Source: Candidatus Falkowbacteria bacterium
GTDB lineage: Bacteria > Patescibacteriota > Patescibacteriia > CAIXNZ01
Length of the DNA stretch: 46,236 nt
Assembly: GCA_963774955.1 (NCBI GenBank)
Contig: CAVZGV010000001.1
Span: 1 to 46,236 of the forward strand
Direction of reading: 5' to 3'
Positions 31,499 to 41,473 of the stretch are shown here, piece after piece. Under the pieces are notes generated by a model that saw only the letters and a list, made by a program, of their open reading frames with translations, had not been told where the DNA came from and did not search any database. A program made the translations under genes and the position numbers. Each line of letters starts with the position of its first letter. The stretch's first letter is position 1.

Positions 31499-32758
31499 AT
31501 GCTTAAAAAAGTCTATATTATTTTAGCCTTATTAATTATTTTACCTTTAAATTCATTGGCGGCTGATTTAACCTATGATTTGGGCATCAATAGCAATGAT
31601 ATCAGTTTTTCTAAGACATTGGTCGCATATCAGCAAGTCAGAGTTTACGCCGCAATCCATAATTACGGACAAGAAGACGTGGCCGGTTATGTTACTTTTT
31701 ATCAGGGTGATGTGCTGATCGGCAGTTCTCAGGTAGTTTCTGTGCGGGCTGGTGGTTTGGCTGATGAAGTTTATGTTGACTGGGCTGTACCTGTTGGCAA
31801 TTTTAATATCAGAGCGGAAATTAAAGGCCAGGATCCGAAAGATGAAAATCCGGCTAATGATCTGACAGTAACTTCCATGTATATACCCTTACCTGATAAT
31901 GACCGGGATGGCGACCCTGATCCGAGTGATACTGATGATGATAATGACGGTCTGACTGATGATCAGGAAGAAAAGAGAGGTTCTGATCCTTTAAATCCTG
32001 ATTCTGATAATGACGGTTGTTTGGATAATGAAGATGATTTCCCTTTAGATCCGAATCTATGCGTGGACACTGATAATGATGGTATAGACGATAAAATTGA
32101 TACTGATGACGATAATGACGGTCTGACTGACCTTAAAGAAAAACAATTAGGTACAAATCCTTTAAATTCTGATAGTGATGGTGACGGGGTTAGCGATGCC
32201 TTAGATGCTTATCCCTTAGATCCTAATCGCAGTAAAAAGACAGTGGTTACTAAAATTACTGCCAACGGCAATACAAATACTAATCTCAATAGTAATGTTA
32301 ATGCTAATCTCGATGTCACTGCTGATATGAATCTGGAGGAAAATATCAATGACGACTTTGTTAATGAGGACATTATAGATTTAAATAGTTTAGATGGTAA
32401 TGTCTTAAGTCAGTCCGTGGACATTACTTTTAGTCAAAAAGAATGGAATTCTTATGTTTTTAGACCAAAAATTAGGGGGATTTTAGATACTAACCTGACC
32501 TATCACTGGGATTTTGGCGATGGGTCTTATAGCAGCAGTCAGGTGGCTGAACATCGTTATGAAAATTCCGGTAAATATGAAGTCAGGCTGAAAGTGACCG
32601 GGGCCAATGACTTGTCTGTAGTCTCGAGTAAAAAAATATCAATTTCATTTTTTAATCTTGGTAATTTTAACTTAATTATAAGCCTCGGTGGACTTTCTGT
32701 TCTTTTGTTGATTGTATTAATATTGCTATTGTTTAAAAGGAATAAACATGAAAAATAA
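31499..32758 (+). CDS. Surface protein: signal peptide, CARDB-like domain, TSP3-type Ca-binding repeats, PKD domain, C-terminal TM anchor
   Basis: DxDxDGxxD repeats (DNDRDGDPD, DDDNDGLTD twice, DSDNDGCLD, DSDGDGVSD). WDFGDGS...YENSGKYEVRLKV is PKD-like. LSVLLLIVLILLLF forms the anchor. Confidence 0.75.
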   Translation: MLKKVYIILALLIILPLNSLAADLTYDLGINSNDISFSKTLVAYQQVRVYAAIHNYGQEDVAGYVTFYQGDVLIGSSQVVSVRAGGLADEVYVDWAVPVGNFNIRAEIKGQDPKDENPANDLTVTSMYIPLPDNDRDGDPDPSDTDDDNDGLTDDQEEKRGSDPLNPDSDNDGCLDNEDDFPLDPNLCVDTDNDGIDDKIDTDDDNDGLTDLKEKQLGTNPLNSDSDGDGVSDALDAYPLDPNRSKKTVVTKITANGNTNTNLNSNVNANLDVTADMNLEENINDDFVNEDIIDLNSLDGNVLSQSVDITFSQKEWNSYVFRPKIRGILDTNLTYHWDFGDGSYSSSQVAEHRYENSGKYEVRLKVTGANDLSVVSSKKISISFFNLGNFNLIISLGGLSVLLLIVLILLLFKRNKHEK

Positions 32759-33686
32759 TATTTATGAGGTAATAATTATTGGCTCTGGACCGGCTGGTAT
32801 GACAGCCGCGATTTATTGTGCCAGAAAAGGCATGTCCACTTTGATTATCGGTAAAGATATCGGCGGACAGATGGCTAAAAGCGCTGAGATCGCAAATTAT
32901 CTGGGTTTTGGTATGTCTACTGGTACTGACTTAACTAAAGCTTTTCATGAGCATGTTAAAAAATTTACCAATATTGAACATATCCACGATGTTTTGTTAA
33001 GATCTTAAATTGGTACCGTCTACAAATAAGTCCAAGTTATTAAAGTAATAACTACCGGTAAAAAAGAATATCAGGCAAAATCATTAATTATTGCATCAGG
33101 ACGTAATCCTCGCCAGCTCAATGTTCCCGGCGAAATGGAATATCGTAACAAAGGCGTGTCTTATTGTGAAACATGCGATGGTCCTTTATTTAAAAATAAA
33201 GTCACAGCTGTTATTGGTGCGGGTAATTCAGCTTTGGAAACAGTCATAAGTTTGGCCGCAATTTGTCCGACCGTTTACATTGTTAATATCGGGACGCAAT
33301 TGGGCGGAGATAAGATTTTGCAGGATAAGGTCAAGGCATTAAAGAATGTACAAATCATAAATAATGCCCAGACTCAGGAAATTATCGGGGACAAATTTGT
33401 CACTGCCTTGAAATATAAAGACACGACAACAAAGAAATTTAAAGAAATTAAGGTCGCTGGTGTTTTTATAGAAATTGGTTGGGTACCTTCAATTGATTTT
33501 GATAAGCTGACGAAAAAAAATAAACTTCATGAAATTATAATTGATAAACAAGGACGAACCAGTATCCCCGGCATTTTTGCGGCAGGGGATATAACTGATA
33601 CTGGTTATTGGCAAATTATTATTGCTGCCGGTGAAGGGGCCAAAGCGGCGTTATCTTCGTATCAGTACTCGACAAATTTGAAATAA
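32748..33686 (+). pseudogene. trxB: Thioredoxin reductase interrupted by two in-frame TAA codons
   Basis: One reading frame carries IIIGSGPAGMTAAIY...HIHDVLLRS*IGTVYK*VQVIKVITTGKKEYQAKSLIIASG...CETCDG...GAGNSALE...FAAGD. The stops are at 33006-33008 and 33027-33029. Confidence 0.7.
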
Positions 33687-33731
33687 ATTGATATTATTTA
33701 AAATCAAATTATCAAGTCATGGAGGTTTAAT

Positions 33732-34082
33732 ATGAAATTAGGCATAATTACGGAATTACCTTACAAAAACAAAGGGGCGTTAATCAAATTTCTGAAAGCT
33801 CAGAAATTTGATTATAAAATGCAGGTCAGAAATAATCCTGGTGATAAAGCCGCGGCCTGGCGTTTTGACCGGACGAGTAAGGCTATAATAGCCATTACTG
33901 AAAATTCGAATTTCCGTCTGGGACATTGTGTGGTTTGCGGTCAGAAAATACCTCGAAAGCGTTTATTGGCTGATCCCGAAACCGTGTGGTGCATTGAATG
34001 CGCCAAAAAGATGGACCAAAAGTCCAACGAAAATTGGTTGCAAACGTTGATAACAAAATTTTTAAAAGGGAAGTCCCCGTAA
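33732..34082 (+). CDS. DksA/TraR-type C4 zinc-finger protein
   Basis: CVVCGQKIPRKRLLADPETVWCIECA. GGAGG Shine-Dalgarno. Confidence 0.65.
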   Translation: MKLGIITELPYKNKGALIKFLKAQKFDYKMQVRNNPGDKAAAWRFDRTSKAIIAITENSNFRLGHCVVCGQKIPRKRLLADPETVWCIECAKKMDQKSNENWLQTLITKFLKGKSP

Positions 34083-34084
34083 AT

Positions 34085-34109
34085 GGCTCCGTGATCCGGA
34101 GTCGTTTTT
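34085..34109 (+). terminator. Rho-independent terminator
   Basis: GGCTCCG/CGGAGTC stem followed by T5. Confidence 0.65.
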
Positions 34110-34139
34110 ATTTATCCACAGTTTTGGCATGCGCCTAAT

Positions 34140-34168
34140 TTGACAATAAAAAAGTGTGGCTATATAAT
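34140..34168 (+). promoter_or_regulatory. Consensus promoter TTGACA-N17-TATAAT of the csoR-cop operon
   Basis: TTGACAataaaaaagtgtggctaTATAAT. Confidence 0.7.
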
Positions 34169-34196
34169 ACCTATACCTGGGGTGGGGGTATTGATA
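34169..34196 (+). promoter_or_regulatory. Putative CsoR operator (G/C tract flanked by AT-rich pseudo-palindrome)
   Basis: acctATACCtggggtgggGGTATtg lies immediately downstream of the -10 box and resembles known CsoR operators of the TACCC...GGGTA type. Confidence 0.6.
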
Positions 34197-34235
34197 ACTA
34201 ATAATTAATAACTTAAAACTAATAACTTAGAGCTT

Positions 34236-34508
34236 ATGAAGGATTTAAAAAAAGAGACATTGATCAGTTTTAAAAAAGCCCAGAGTCATTTGGGGAAAAT
34301 AATCAGCATGATGGAGGATGACAAGTATTGCATAGATATTATGCAGCAGAATCTGGCTGTGATCGGACTGCTAAAATCTGCTCATCAAAAACTGATGGAG
34401 GGCCATTTAAACTCCTGTTTTAAAAATGCAATGGCTTCGAAAAATACTAAGCTGCAGAAAAAAATGACAGCAGAGATTCTTGATGTTACCAAATTATTTT
34501 ATAAATAA
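34236..34508 (+). CDS. csoR: CsoR/RcnR-family metal-sensing repressor
   Basis: KKAQSHLGKIISMMEDDKYCIDIMQQ...AHQKLMEGHLNSC carries the C-H-C ligand pattern of Cu(I) CsoR. Confidence 0.85.
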   Translation: MKDLKKETLISFKKAQSHLGKIISMMEDDKYCIDIMQQNLAVIGLLKSAHQKLMEGHLNSCFKNAMASKNTKLQKKMTAEILDVTKLFYK

Positions 34509-34509
34509 T

Positions 34510-34848
34510 ATGTTTAAACAAATCGGTATCTTTTTAACAGTAGTCTGCATAACTGGACTTAGTTTCTGGGTTGCTTTGACTTGGATTAATTATAGTAATC
34601 CTCAGTTTAACAGTCTGAGTCCGGAACAAATGTATCAAACCTTAAAAATAAACAGATTCTATGCCATCGCCCAAGCCCAAGCGGCTGGAGATTATAAATG
34701 TTGCATTGAACCGCCGTGCACTATGTGCTATGACGGACCGACCAAATGGAATCATAACCAGCCTGGCAAATGCTTTTGCGATGAATTTATTGCCAGGGGA
34801 GAAGACCCATGTCCGCAATGCGAGGGTGCTCTTTGCAAAGATGATTAA
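34510..34848 (+). CDS. Membrane-anchored Cys-rich protein (112 aa, 10 Cys in the last 55 aa)
   Basis: The ATG lies 1 nt after the csoR stop. TM helix IGIFLTVVCITGLSFWVAL. CCIEPPCTMCYDG...KCFCDEF...DPCPQCEGALC. Confidence 0.6.
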   Translation: MFKQIGIFLTVVCITGLSFWVALTWINYSNPQFNSLSPEQMYQTLKINRFYAIAQAQAAGDYKCCIEPPCTMCYDGPTKWNHNQPGKCFCDEFIARGEDPCPQCEGALCKDD

Positions 34849-34871
34849 ATTATTTAAATTAATATTTTAGT

Positions 34872-36203
34872 ATGAGTATAACAATAAAATTCAAGATCAT
34901 CGGTATGCATTGTTCCAGCTGTAAGTCGCTGGTTGAAGCTGATATCCAGGCTTTGCCTGGTATTAATCGAGTCAGCGTAGATTATCAAAACGGCAAGGCT
35001 GAGGTAATATTCGAAGAAGACAAAGTCAGTCTTGATGATATTTTTATAGCCATAAAAAAATTGAATTATCAGCCTGTTTTGCCTGGTAATGATGAAGCTA
35101 ATGAAGCTCAAAAGCCGTCTCCGTTTTGGTATGGGTTGGCTATTCCTGGTATTCTGTTTTTTCTAATCACAGTTTATTTTATTTTCCGTAGTCTGGGCGG
35201 TTTTGAGGTTTTTAGTAAATTAAATGAAGGCCATGTCGGTTTTGGCCTGATTTTTATTATTGGACTTTTGGCAGGATTTCATTGTATTGGCATGTGCGGT
35301 TCAATTGTTGTTACTTATTCAACTTTATGCCTTGGCGAAAATAAAAAGTCCTTATGGCCGCATTGGCAGTATAATTTAGGCAGAATAATTTCCTATACTG
35401 TAATCGGCGGTATCCTCGGCGGATTCGGAGCCTTTTTCGGTATCAATCCGGTATTTAATGGGGTTATAATGATAATAGCCGGAGTTTTAATGTTTTTCCT
35501 GGGATTATCTTTGATTTTTAAATGGTCAATTTTGGATAAATTAAAATTGCAAACACCGCAATTTATCGCTAAATATATTTTCAGCCAAAAGAATAAAAAG
35601 TCAGCTCCTTTTATCATCGGTCTTTTAAACGGTTTTATGCCCTGCGGACCATTGCAAGCCATGCAATTATACGCTTTAACCTCGGGGAATGCTTATAAAG
35701 GTGCCTTGAGTTTATTGCTTTATGCCCTGGGGACTTCGTTTTTAATGTTTGGCTTTGGCGCGTTCTTATCTTTTATTTCTCAAAAACAGATCAAGAATAT
35801 TTTAAAGTTTTCTGGTGCGTTGGTTATCGTTTTGTCATTGCTTATGGTTAATCGCGGTTTGGCAAATTTCAATATTAATTTTAGTTTGCCGACTGTTAAT
35901 GTTCAACAACAAAATACTATCAATAACGGGCAATTACAGGAAGTGAAAATGGATGTAACTTATTATGGTTATGTCCCCAATGTTTTGTATGTGAAAAAGG
36001 GTGTACCGGTTCGTTGGGTAATAAATGCTAAACAGCTGTCCGGTTGCACTAATCAAATCCTGCTGCCAGACTATAATATCAGCAGAAATTTAGTTGCCGG
36101 TGAAAATATTATTGAATTTACTCCGGATAAACTTGGAGAAATTAAGTTTTCCTGCGGGATGCGCATGGTTTGGGGTAAATTTATTGTAACAAAAGAAAAT
36201 TAA
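34872..36203 (+). CDS. HMA domain - polytopic membrane domain (DsbD_2/TauE-like, paired Cys motifs) - C-terminal cupredoxin-like domain
   Basis: [12 protein letters not shown] (MxCxxC), GFHCIGMCG and GFMPCGPLQ. The C-terminal about 100 aa has a beta-rich pattern ending in [11 protein letters not shown]. Confidence 0.65.
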   Translation: MSITIKFKIIGMHCSSCKSLVEADIQALPGINRVSVDYQNGKAEVIFEEDKVSLDDIFIAIKKLNYQPVLPGNDEANEAQKPSPFWYGLAIPGILFFLITVYFIFRSLGGFEVFSKLNEGHVGFGLIFIIGLLAGFHCIGMCGSIVVTYSTLCLGENKKSLWPHWQYNLGRIISYTVIGGILGGFGAFFGINPVFNGVIMIIAGVLMFFLGLSLIFKWSILDKLKLQTPQFIAKYIFSQKNKKSAPFIIGLLNGFMPCGPLQAMQLYALTSGNAYKGALSLLLYALGTSFLMFGFGAFLSFISQKQIKNILKFSGALVIVLSLLMVNRGLANFNINFSLPTVNVQQQNTINNGQLQEVKMDVTYYGYVPNVLYVKKGVPVRWVINAKQLSGCTNQILLPDYNISRNLVAGENIIEFTPDKLGEIKFSCGMRMVWGKFIVTKEN

Positions 36204-36222
36204 TTATTCATTTTTACGATTT

Positions 36223-38445
36223 ATGACTAAAAAAACTTACAATATTGAGGGCATGGATTGTGCTTCCTGTGCCATTATGATAGAAAAAGCGTTAAATAAA
36301 ACGCCCGGGATTAAAAAAGCTGTGGTTAATTTAATGACTGAAAAGGCTATTATCGAAACTGATAAGGAGGTTCCGGTTACGCAGCTGCAAAAAGCCGTTG
36401 CCAGCGCGGGTAATTATAAATTAATTAATCCTGCAAACGCCGGCTCAGTGGAAATGCAGGGACATGATCATAGTAAGATGCTTAAAGAAACCCAATTAAA
36501 GACATTGAAGAATAAAATGTTCTTTGGTTTGGTTTTTTCGGTTCTGCTCATGATCCTGGGGCTGGCTAAATTTTTTCCTTTCTTGAAGGATATTTCTAAC
36601 CAAACTATTTTCGCGTTTTCGTTAATCTTGGCGACACCAGTTCAGATTTGGCTGGGCTCCCAATTCTATAAGGGCATGTGGGGCAGTTTGAAAAATTTCA
36701 AGGCCAATATGGATACTTTAATAGCTGTAGGTACTTCGGCCGCATATTTTTACTCTTTAACAGCTACCTTATTCCCAGCTTTTTTTAGCAGCGCTGGGCA
36801 GGAAGCTGTTATATATTTTGACACTTCAACTGTTATCTTAACCCTTATAATTCTCGGCAGATATTTAGAAGCCAAGGCCAAGGGCAGAGCCTCTGAAGCG
36901 ATTAAACGTTTACTTACATTACAGGCTAAAACAGCCAGGATTTTGGTTAACGGACAGGAAAAAGAAATATCCATAGATGCTGTAAAAGTCGGAGATTTGA
37001 TTGTTGTTAAGCCCGGAGAAAAAATACCTGTTGACGGCAGGATCACTGAAGGTCAGTCAGCCATTGATGAAAGCATGATTACCGGTGAAAGTATTCCTGT
37101 TGATAAAATAAAAGGTGATAAGGTAATTGGCGCTACTATCAATCGAATGGGAACTTTCGTTTTTAGAGCGGAAAAAGTCGGTAAGGAAACTGCGTTGGCA
37201 CAAATAATTAAGTTGGTTGAAGACGCTCAAGGCACTAAAGCGCCTATTCAGCGTTTAGCCGATGTTATTTCCGGTTATTTTGTTCCGGTAGTAATATTGA
37301 TTGCCTTGGTTTCATTTATTATTTGGTTGATTTTGGGGCCGAGTTTTGCTTTTGCCTTAATTATCGCCGTTACTGTTTTAATCATTGCCTGTCCTTGTGC
37401 TTTAGGCTTGGCAACGCCAACTGCGATTATGGTCGGGACCGGCAAGGGAGCTGAAGAAGGTATTTTAATCAAAGACGCGGAAAGTTTGGAAAAATTGCGG
37501 CAGATAGACGTGATCATTTTTGACAAAACCGGAACTTTGACTCAGGGTGAACCTCAAATGACCAAGTATTCTGATCCGGAAACTTTATTGCTGGCCTATG
37601 CCTTGGAATCAAAATCAGAACATCCTTTGGCCAAGGCAGTTTTAAATAAAGCTAAAGCTGAAAATCTGGAATTAAAAAAAGTTACCAATTTTCAGGCCCA
37701 ATTGGGTTTTGGTGTCCAGGGTATGATTGATAATACAAATTATTATCTGGGAAACTTAGAGTTGCTTAAAAATAAAGGCATTATTATCCAGGACAATGAT
37801 TTGCTGATAATTTCCGGTTTGGAACATCAAGGCAATACTGTTTTACTTTTGGCTAATGAGCAAAAGTATTTAGGCTTTATTGCCTTGGCCGATCAGATTA
37901 AGCCTGAAGCCAAAGAAGCTCTAGCTAGATTAAATAAAATGCAGATTAGACCGATTTTAATGACCGGAGATAATATGCGTACAGCCGAAGTCATTGCGAC
38001 ATTGTTAAATATAAAAGATTGGCAAGCCAAGGTGAAACCTGAGGATAAATTGAAGAAGGTTAAAGAGCTTCAAGCCCAGGGCTTGAAAGTTGCCATGGTC
38101 GGCGATGGTATTAATGATGCGCCTGCCTTAACTCAGGCAAATATTGGTTTAGCTATGGGCACCGGTACTGATGTGGCCATAGAATCAGCCGATATCGTAA
38201 TTTTAAAAGGGGACATTAATAAGGTTGTGAAGGCAATATATTTAAGCAAAAAGACCATGTCTACAATCAAAGGCAATCTGTTTTGGGCGTTTATTTATAA
38301 TATAATCGGCTTGCCTATTGCCGCTGGGGTTTTGTATCCTTCTTTCGGGATTTTATTATCTCCCATGATTGCCGCCGGAACAATGGCTTTCAGCTCAATT
38401 TTTGTGGTTTTGAACTCCTTGCGCCTGAAACAGGTCAAGCTTTGA
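36223..38445 (+). CDS. copA: Copper-translocating P1B-type ATPase
   Basis: N-terminal GMDCASC, TM CPC motif, [20 protein letters not shown]. Confidence 0.93.
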   Translation: MTKKTYNIEGMDCASCAIMIEKALNKTPGIKKAVVNLMTEKAIIETDKEVPVTQLQKAVASAGNYKLINPANAGSVEMQGHDHSKMLKETQLKTLKNKMFFGLVFSVLLMILGLAKFFPFLKDISNQTIFAFSLILATPVQIWLGSQFYKGMWGSLKNFKANMDTLIAVGTSAAYFYSLTATLFPAFFSSAGQEAVIYFDTSTVILTLIILGRYLEAKAKGRASEAIKRLLTLQAKTARILVNGQEKEISIDAVKVGDLIVVKPGEKIPVDGRITEGQSAIDESMITGESIPVDKIKGDKVIGATINRMGTFVFRAEKVGKETALAQIIKLVEDAQGTKAPIQRLADVISGYFVPVVILIALVSFIIWLILGPSFAFALIIAVTVLIIACPCALGLATPTAIMVGTGKGAEEGILIKDAESLEKLRQIDVIIFDKTGTLTQGEPQMTKYSDPETLLLAYALESKSEHPLAKAVLNKAKAENLELKKVTNFQAQLGFGVQGMIDNTNYYLGNLELLKNKGIIIQDNDLLIISGLEHQGNTVLLLANEQKYLGFIALADQIKPEAKEALARLNKMQIRPILMTGDNMRTAEVIATLLNIKDWQAKVKPEDKLKKVKELQAQGLKVAMVGDGINDAPALTQANIGLAMGTGTDVAIESADIVILKGDINKVVKAIYLSKKTMSTIKGNLFWAFIYNIIGLPIAAGVLYPSFGILLSPMIAAGTMAFSSIFVVLNSLRLKQVKL

Positions 38446-38512
38446 CAAGATATTGCCAAATATGTAAATGGCGTGTAAAATTACATTATAATTTATTAAT
38501 TTAATTTATCTT

Positions 38513-39487
38513 ATGAAAAAAAGTCTTGTCATTTTAGGATTAATAATGGCCTTGGGGCTGGCTGGCTGCAGTCTGACAAATAGCACTAAAGCCAAGACAA
38601 TTACCCCTGATGAAGCCAAGATTAAGGCAGAAAAATTTATTAATGAAAATTTGATTCAACCAGGAACTTCAGTTACAATTGGTGATGTTACCGAGGAAAA
38701 TGGACTTTATAAATTTAACGTCAATCTTCAGGACGGTCAGTCGGTTGAGTCTTTTATGTCCAAAGATGGCAGCAAATTTTTTCCGCAGTCATATGATGTA
38801 GATGTCGCCGCAGATGCAAACACCAATTCTCCGGACAGCAGTAATCCTCCGGTCAGCCAGAACGTGCCTAAAAATGATAAGCCGGTGGTGGAACTTTTTG
38901 TTATGGCTTACTGTCCTTATGGCACTCAAGAAGAAAAAGGCATTTTACCGGTTGTCAATACACTGAACAACAAAATCGATTTTAAAGTGAAATTTTGCGA
39001 TTACGCTATGCATGGCAAACAGGAAATAGATGAACAATTAAACCAGTATTGTATTGAGACAGAGCAAGCTGACAAGTTTTTAAGCTATTTAAAGTGTTTC
39101 TTGGACGCTGGCAACAGCGCTGACTGTCTTAAATCAACCGGAATTAATCAGGCAAAATTGAAAACTTGCGTAACTACTACTGACAACAAATACAAAGTTA
39201 CTGCTAACTTTAATGATCAAAGCACTTGGCTTAGCGGTCAATATCCTTTATTTGATGTTTATAAGGATGATAATACCAAATATGCCGTTCAAGGTTCACC
39301 GACTTTAATTATTAATGGTGTTCAAGCATCAGCCGGACGGGATGCCTCAAGTTTATTAAAAGCAGTTTGTGATGCATTTGAGACACCACCGGAAGAATGT
39401 AATACCCAGTTATCTACCACTGCACCTTCAGCCGGATTTGGTTTTGATGCTACAGGTCCGAATTCAGCAGCCAGTTGCGGAAACTAA
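38513..39487 (+). CDS. Lipoprotein with a DsbA/thioredoxin-like domain (CPYG in place of CxxC)
   Basis: Lipobox LAGC. VELFVMAYCPYGTQ ... VQGSPTLIINGV has the normal DsbA-like order. Confidence 0.6.
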   Translation: MKKSLVILGLIMALGLAGCSLTNSTKAKTITPDEAKIKAEKFINENLIQPGTSVTIGDVTEENGLYKFNVNLQDGQSVESFMSKDGSKFFPQSYDVDVAADANTNSPDSSNPPVSQNVPKNDKPVVELFVMAYCPYGTQEEKGILPVVNTLNNKIDFKVKFCDYAMHGKQEIDEQLNQYCIETEQADKFLSYLKCFLDAGNSADCLKSTGINQAKLKTCVTTTDNKYKVTANFNDQSTWLSGQYPLFDVYKDDNTKYAVQGSPTLIINGVQASAGRDASSLLKAVCDAFETPPEECNTQLSTTAPSAGFGFDATGPNSAASCGN

Positions 39488-39529
39488 TAGCTAAATTTTT
39501 TGAAAGTTATTTAATTAATTTAATATTTT

Positions 39530-40285
39530 ATGGAAAATTCAAATTTGTCCTCAGCTGTTAAAAACAACAAGGAGTTTGTTTACGGCTTGATTTCTGGCTT
39601 GGCCGTAATCAGTACAATAGGTCTTATCGGACTTTTAATTTACATTTTTACTGGTGGTCGTTCAGCTTGCTTAGCCGGCGACGGCAGTTCTGTTGCTGCA
39701 GTGAAAGCTGCCAAAAACTTTGAGACCTGTCTGGCCTCAACAAAATATGATGCCAAAATTCAGGCCGACCAAAATTTAGGCACTCAATTGGGTGTTAACG
39801 GCACACCGGCAAGCTTTATTAACGGTTATTTTGTATCAGGTGCCTTGCCCATTGAGATGATTAATCAGGTGATTGATAAAATCTCAGCAGGGGAAGAACC
39901 GAATCTTGACTTTATGTTAGATGAAACGACTGGTAAGGTTGTTAAGGTCGAAATGCCGCAAATTACAGACAGTGATCATGTTGTCGGAGCAAAAAATGGT
40001 AAAATTACCATTGTTGAATTTTCAGATTTTGAATGTCCATATTGCAGTCGATACAAGGCAACCACGGATCAGCTTTTGAAAAATAATCCTGAGGTAACCT
40101 TGGTCTTTAAACATTTTCCTTTAAGCTTTCATCAGTATGCCAAACAGGCGGCTGTAGCCTCAGAATGCGCCAATGAACAGGGTAAATTTTGGGAAATGTA
40201 TGATAAGTTATTCGGATATAATCAGTCAGGTACATTAAATACCGAAAATATTAAAAAGGCAGCAGTTGATCTTGGTTTAAAATAA
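39530..40285 (+). CDS. Membrane-anchored DsbA-family thiol:disulfide oxidoreductase with apparently permuted segment order
   Basis: After a TM anchor comes the segment that is normally C-terminal (FETCL...LGVNGTPASFINGYFVSGALP). The normally N-terminal part follows (ITIVEFSDFECPYCSRY...GKFWEMYDKLF...AAVDLGLK*). Confidence 0.65.
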   Translation: MENSNLSSAVKNNKEFVYGLISGLAVISTIGLIGLLIYIFTGGRSACLAGDGSSVAAVKAAKNFETCLASTKYDAKIQADQNLGTQLGVNGTPASFINGYFVSGALPIEMINQVIDKISAGEEPNLDFMLDETTGKVVKVEMPQITDSDHVVGAKNGKITIVEFSDFECPYCSRYKATTDQLLKNNPEVTLVFKHFPLSFHQYAKQAAVASECANEQGKFWEMYDKLFGYNQSGTLNTENIKKAAVDLGLK

Positions 40286-40303
40286 ATCAGGACCAGACAT
40301 AAG

Positions 40304-40329
40304 ACCGCCCTTGATTTGGGCGGTTTTTT
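40304..40329 (+). terminator. Rho-independent terminator of the cop/dsb operon
   Basis: Stem ACCGCCC/GGGCGGT followed by T6. Confidence 0.8.
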
Positions 40330-40369
40330 GTTGTAAACTGGTTATATTGGTAATTGAGTTAATAGTAAT

Positions 40370-40984
40370 ATGAGTATTTTTTCATTCAATCGGGAGCGAA
40401 AATATCAGCTATTTATTGAGTTAATGAAGCCTCACCTAGAGACTTCTATTTTAGATGTTGGTTTTACAGAAGAAGAATATCGACCAAGTGATAATATTCT
40501 GGAAAAATCATATGCTTTTTCTGAAAAAATAACGGCCTTGGGCATTGACCAGCCCGTAAAATTTTCAGCCCGATACCCTAAAGTCAAGGCGATTGTTTAT
40601 GACGGCAAAAAATTTCCCTTTAGTGACTCTCAATTTGATCTGTGCTGGTCTAATGCTGTTTTGGAGCATGTCGGCGGAGAAGAGGCTCAAGTTTTATTTT
40701 TGCAGGAAATTAAACGAGTGGGCAAAAAGGCTTTTATATCCACACCGAATAAATGGTTCCCGCTTGAATTACATACTAAATTTCCTTTACTACACTGGTT
40801 ACCAAAAGTAATGTTTGATAAGATTTTAACGCTTACAGGTAAATCCTGGGCAGCCGGGGATTATATGCATCTTTTAAGTTTAAAACAAGTACAAGTTCTG
40901 ATTGCTAAAGCCGGGATTAAGGATTGTCAGATAATAAAGAATAAATTTCTATTTTGGACGATTGATTTTGTAATTATATTATAG
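40370..40984 (+). CDS. Methyltransferase-domain protein (class I SAM-dependent-like)
   Basis: ILDVGF..., FDLCWSNAVLEHV and KRVGKKAFISTPN fit a Methyltransf_11-like pattern. Motif I is degenerate. Confidence 0.5.
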   Translation: MSIFSFNRERKYQLFIELMKPHLETSILDVGFTEEEYRPSDNILEKSYAFSEKITALGIDQPVKFSARYPKVKAIVYDGKKFPFSDSQFDLCWSNAVLEHVGGEEAQVLFLQEIKRVGKKAFISTPNKWFPLELHTKFPLLHWLPKVMFDKILTLTGKSWAAGDYMHLLSLKQVQVLIAKAGIKDCQIIKNKFLFWTIDFVIIL

Positions 40985-41005
40985 TTAACTGTTAAAAGTT
41001 ATTAA

Positions 41006-41053
41006 GGAGAGTTCGCCTATCCCGCGAAGCGGGATGCCGCTCCGCGGCAGTGG
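41006..41053 (+). pseudogene. 5' relic of a tRNA-Ser-like gene (acceptor 5' strand plus D-arm start) interrupted by a 30-nt double-hairpin repeat
   Basis: GGAGAGTTCGCCTA[R1]GTGG. With R1 removed it reads GGAGAGTTCGCCTAGTGG, compared with GGAAGGTTCGCCTAGTGG in the intact tRNA-Ser. Confidence 0.6.
41020..41049 (+). repeat. R1: 30-nt GC-rich double-hairpin repeat (tcccgcgaagcgggatgccgctccgcggca)
   Basis: 27 of 30 nt identical to R2 at 41474-41503. Hairpins TCCCGC-gaa-GCGGGA and GCCGC-tcc-GCGGC. Confidence 0.8.
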
Positions 41054-41074
41054 TTGTAAAATAATTTAAAATTA

Positions 41075-41371
41075 ATGAAATTTATTGTATATATAATTCA
41101 AAGCCTAAAAAATGGCAGATATTATATCGGACATACTAATGATATTACAGATAGATTGCGAAGGCATAATCATGGTTTAGTAAAATCAACCAGATATTTT
41201 ATTCCATGGGAAATTGTATATATTGAAAAATATAATACAAAATCTGAAGCATATAGGAGGGAATTGGAAATAAAAAGATATAAAGGAGGAATTCTATTTA
41301 AAAGGTTACTTGGACAATTTGAGAAAATAATGAGAAAGCCTAAAACTACAAAGTTATTATTGAAATATTAG
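41075..41371 (+). CDS. GIY-YIG nuclease-domain protein (98 aa)
   Basis: YIIQSLKNGRYYIGHTNDITDRLRRHN...E..IK matches the GIY-YIG motifs. The stop lies 2 nt before the tRNA. Confidence 0.85.
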   Translation: MKFIVYIIQSLKNGRYYIGHTNDITDRLRRHNHGLVKSTRYFIPWEIVYIEKYNTKSEAYRRELEIKRYKGGILFKRLLGQFEKIMRKPKTTKLLLKY

Positions 41372-41373
41372 AT

Positions 41374-41458
41374 GGAAGGTTCGCCTAGTGGCCTATGGCG
41401 CACGCTTGGAAAGCGTGTTACCCGCAAGGGTTCGTGGGTTCAAATCCCACACCTTCCG
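41374..41458 (+). tRNA. tRNA-Ser (anticodon GGA), 85 nt, CCA not encoded
   Basis: Hand-folded cloverleaf: acceptor GGAAGGT/ACCTTCC, D stem GCC/GGC, anticodon stem CACGC/GCGTG, loop TTGGAAA, long variable arm ACCC-GCAA-GGGT, T arm GTGGG-TTCAAAT-CCCAC. Confidence 0.9.
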
Positions 41459-41473
41459 CTTTTAATTATATTG

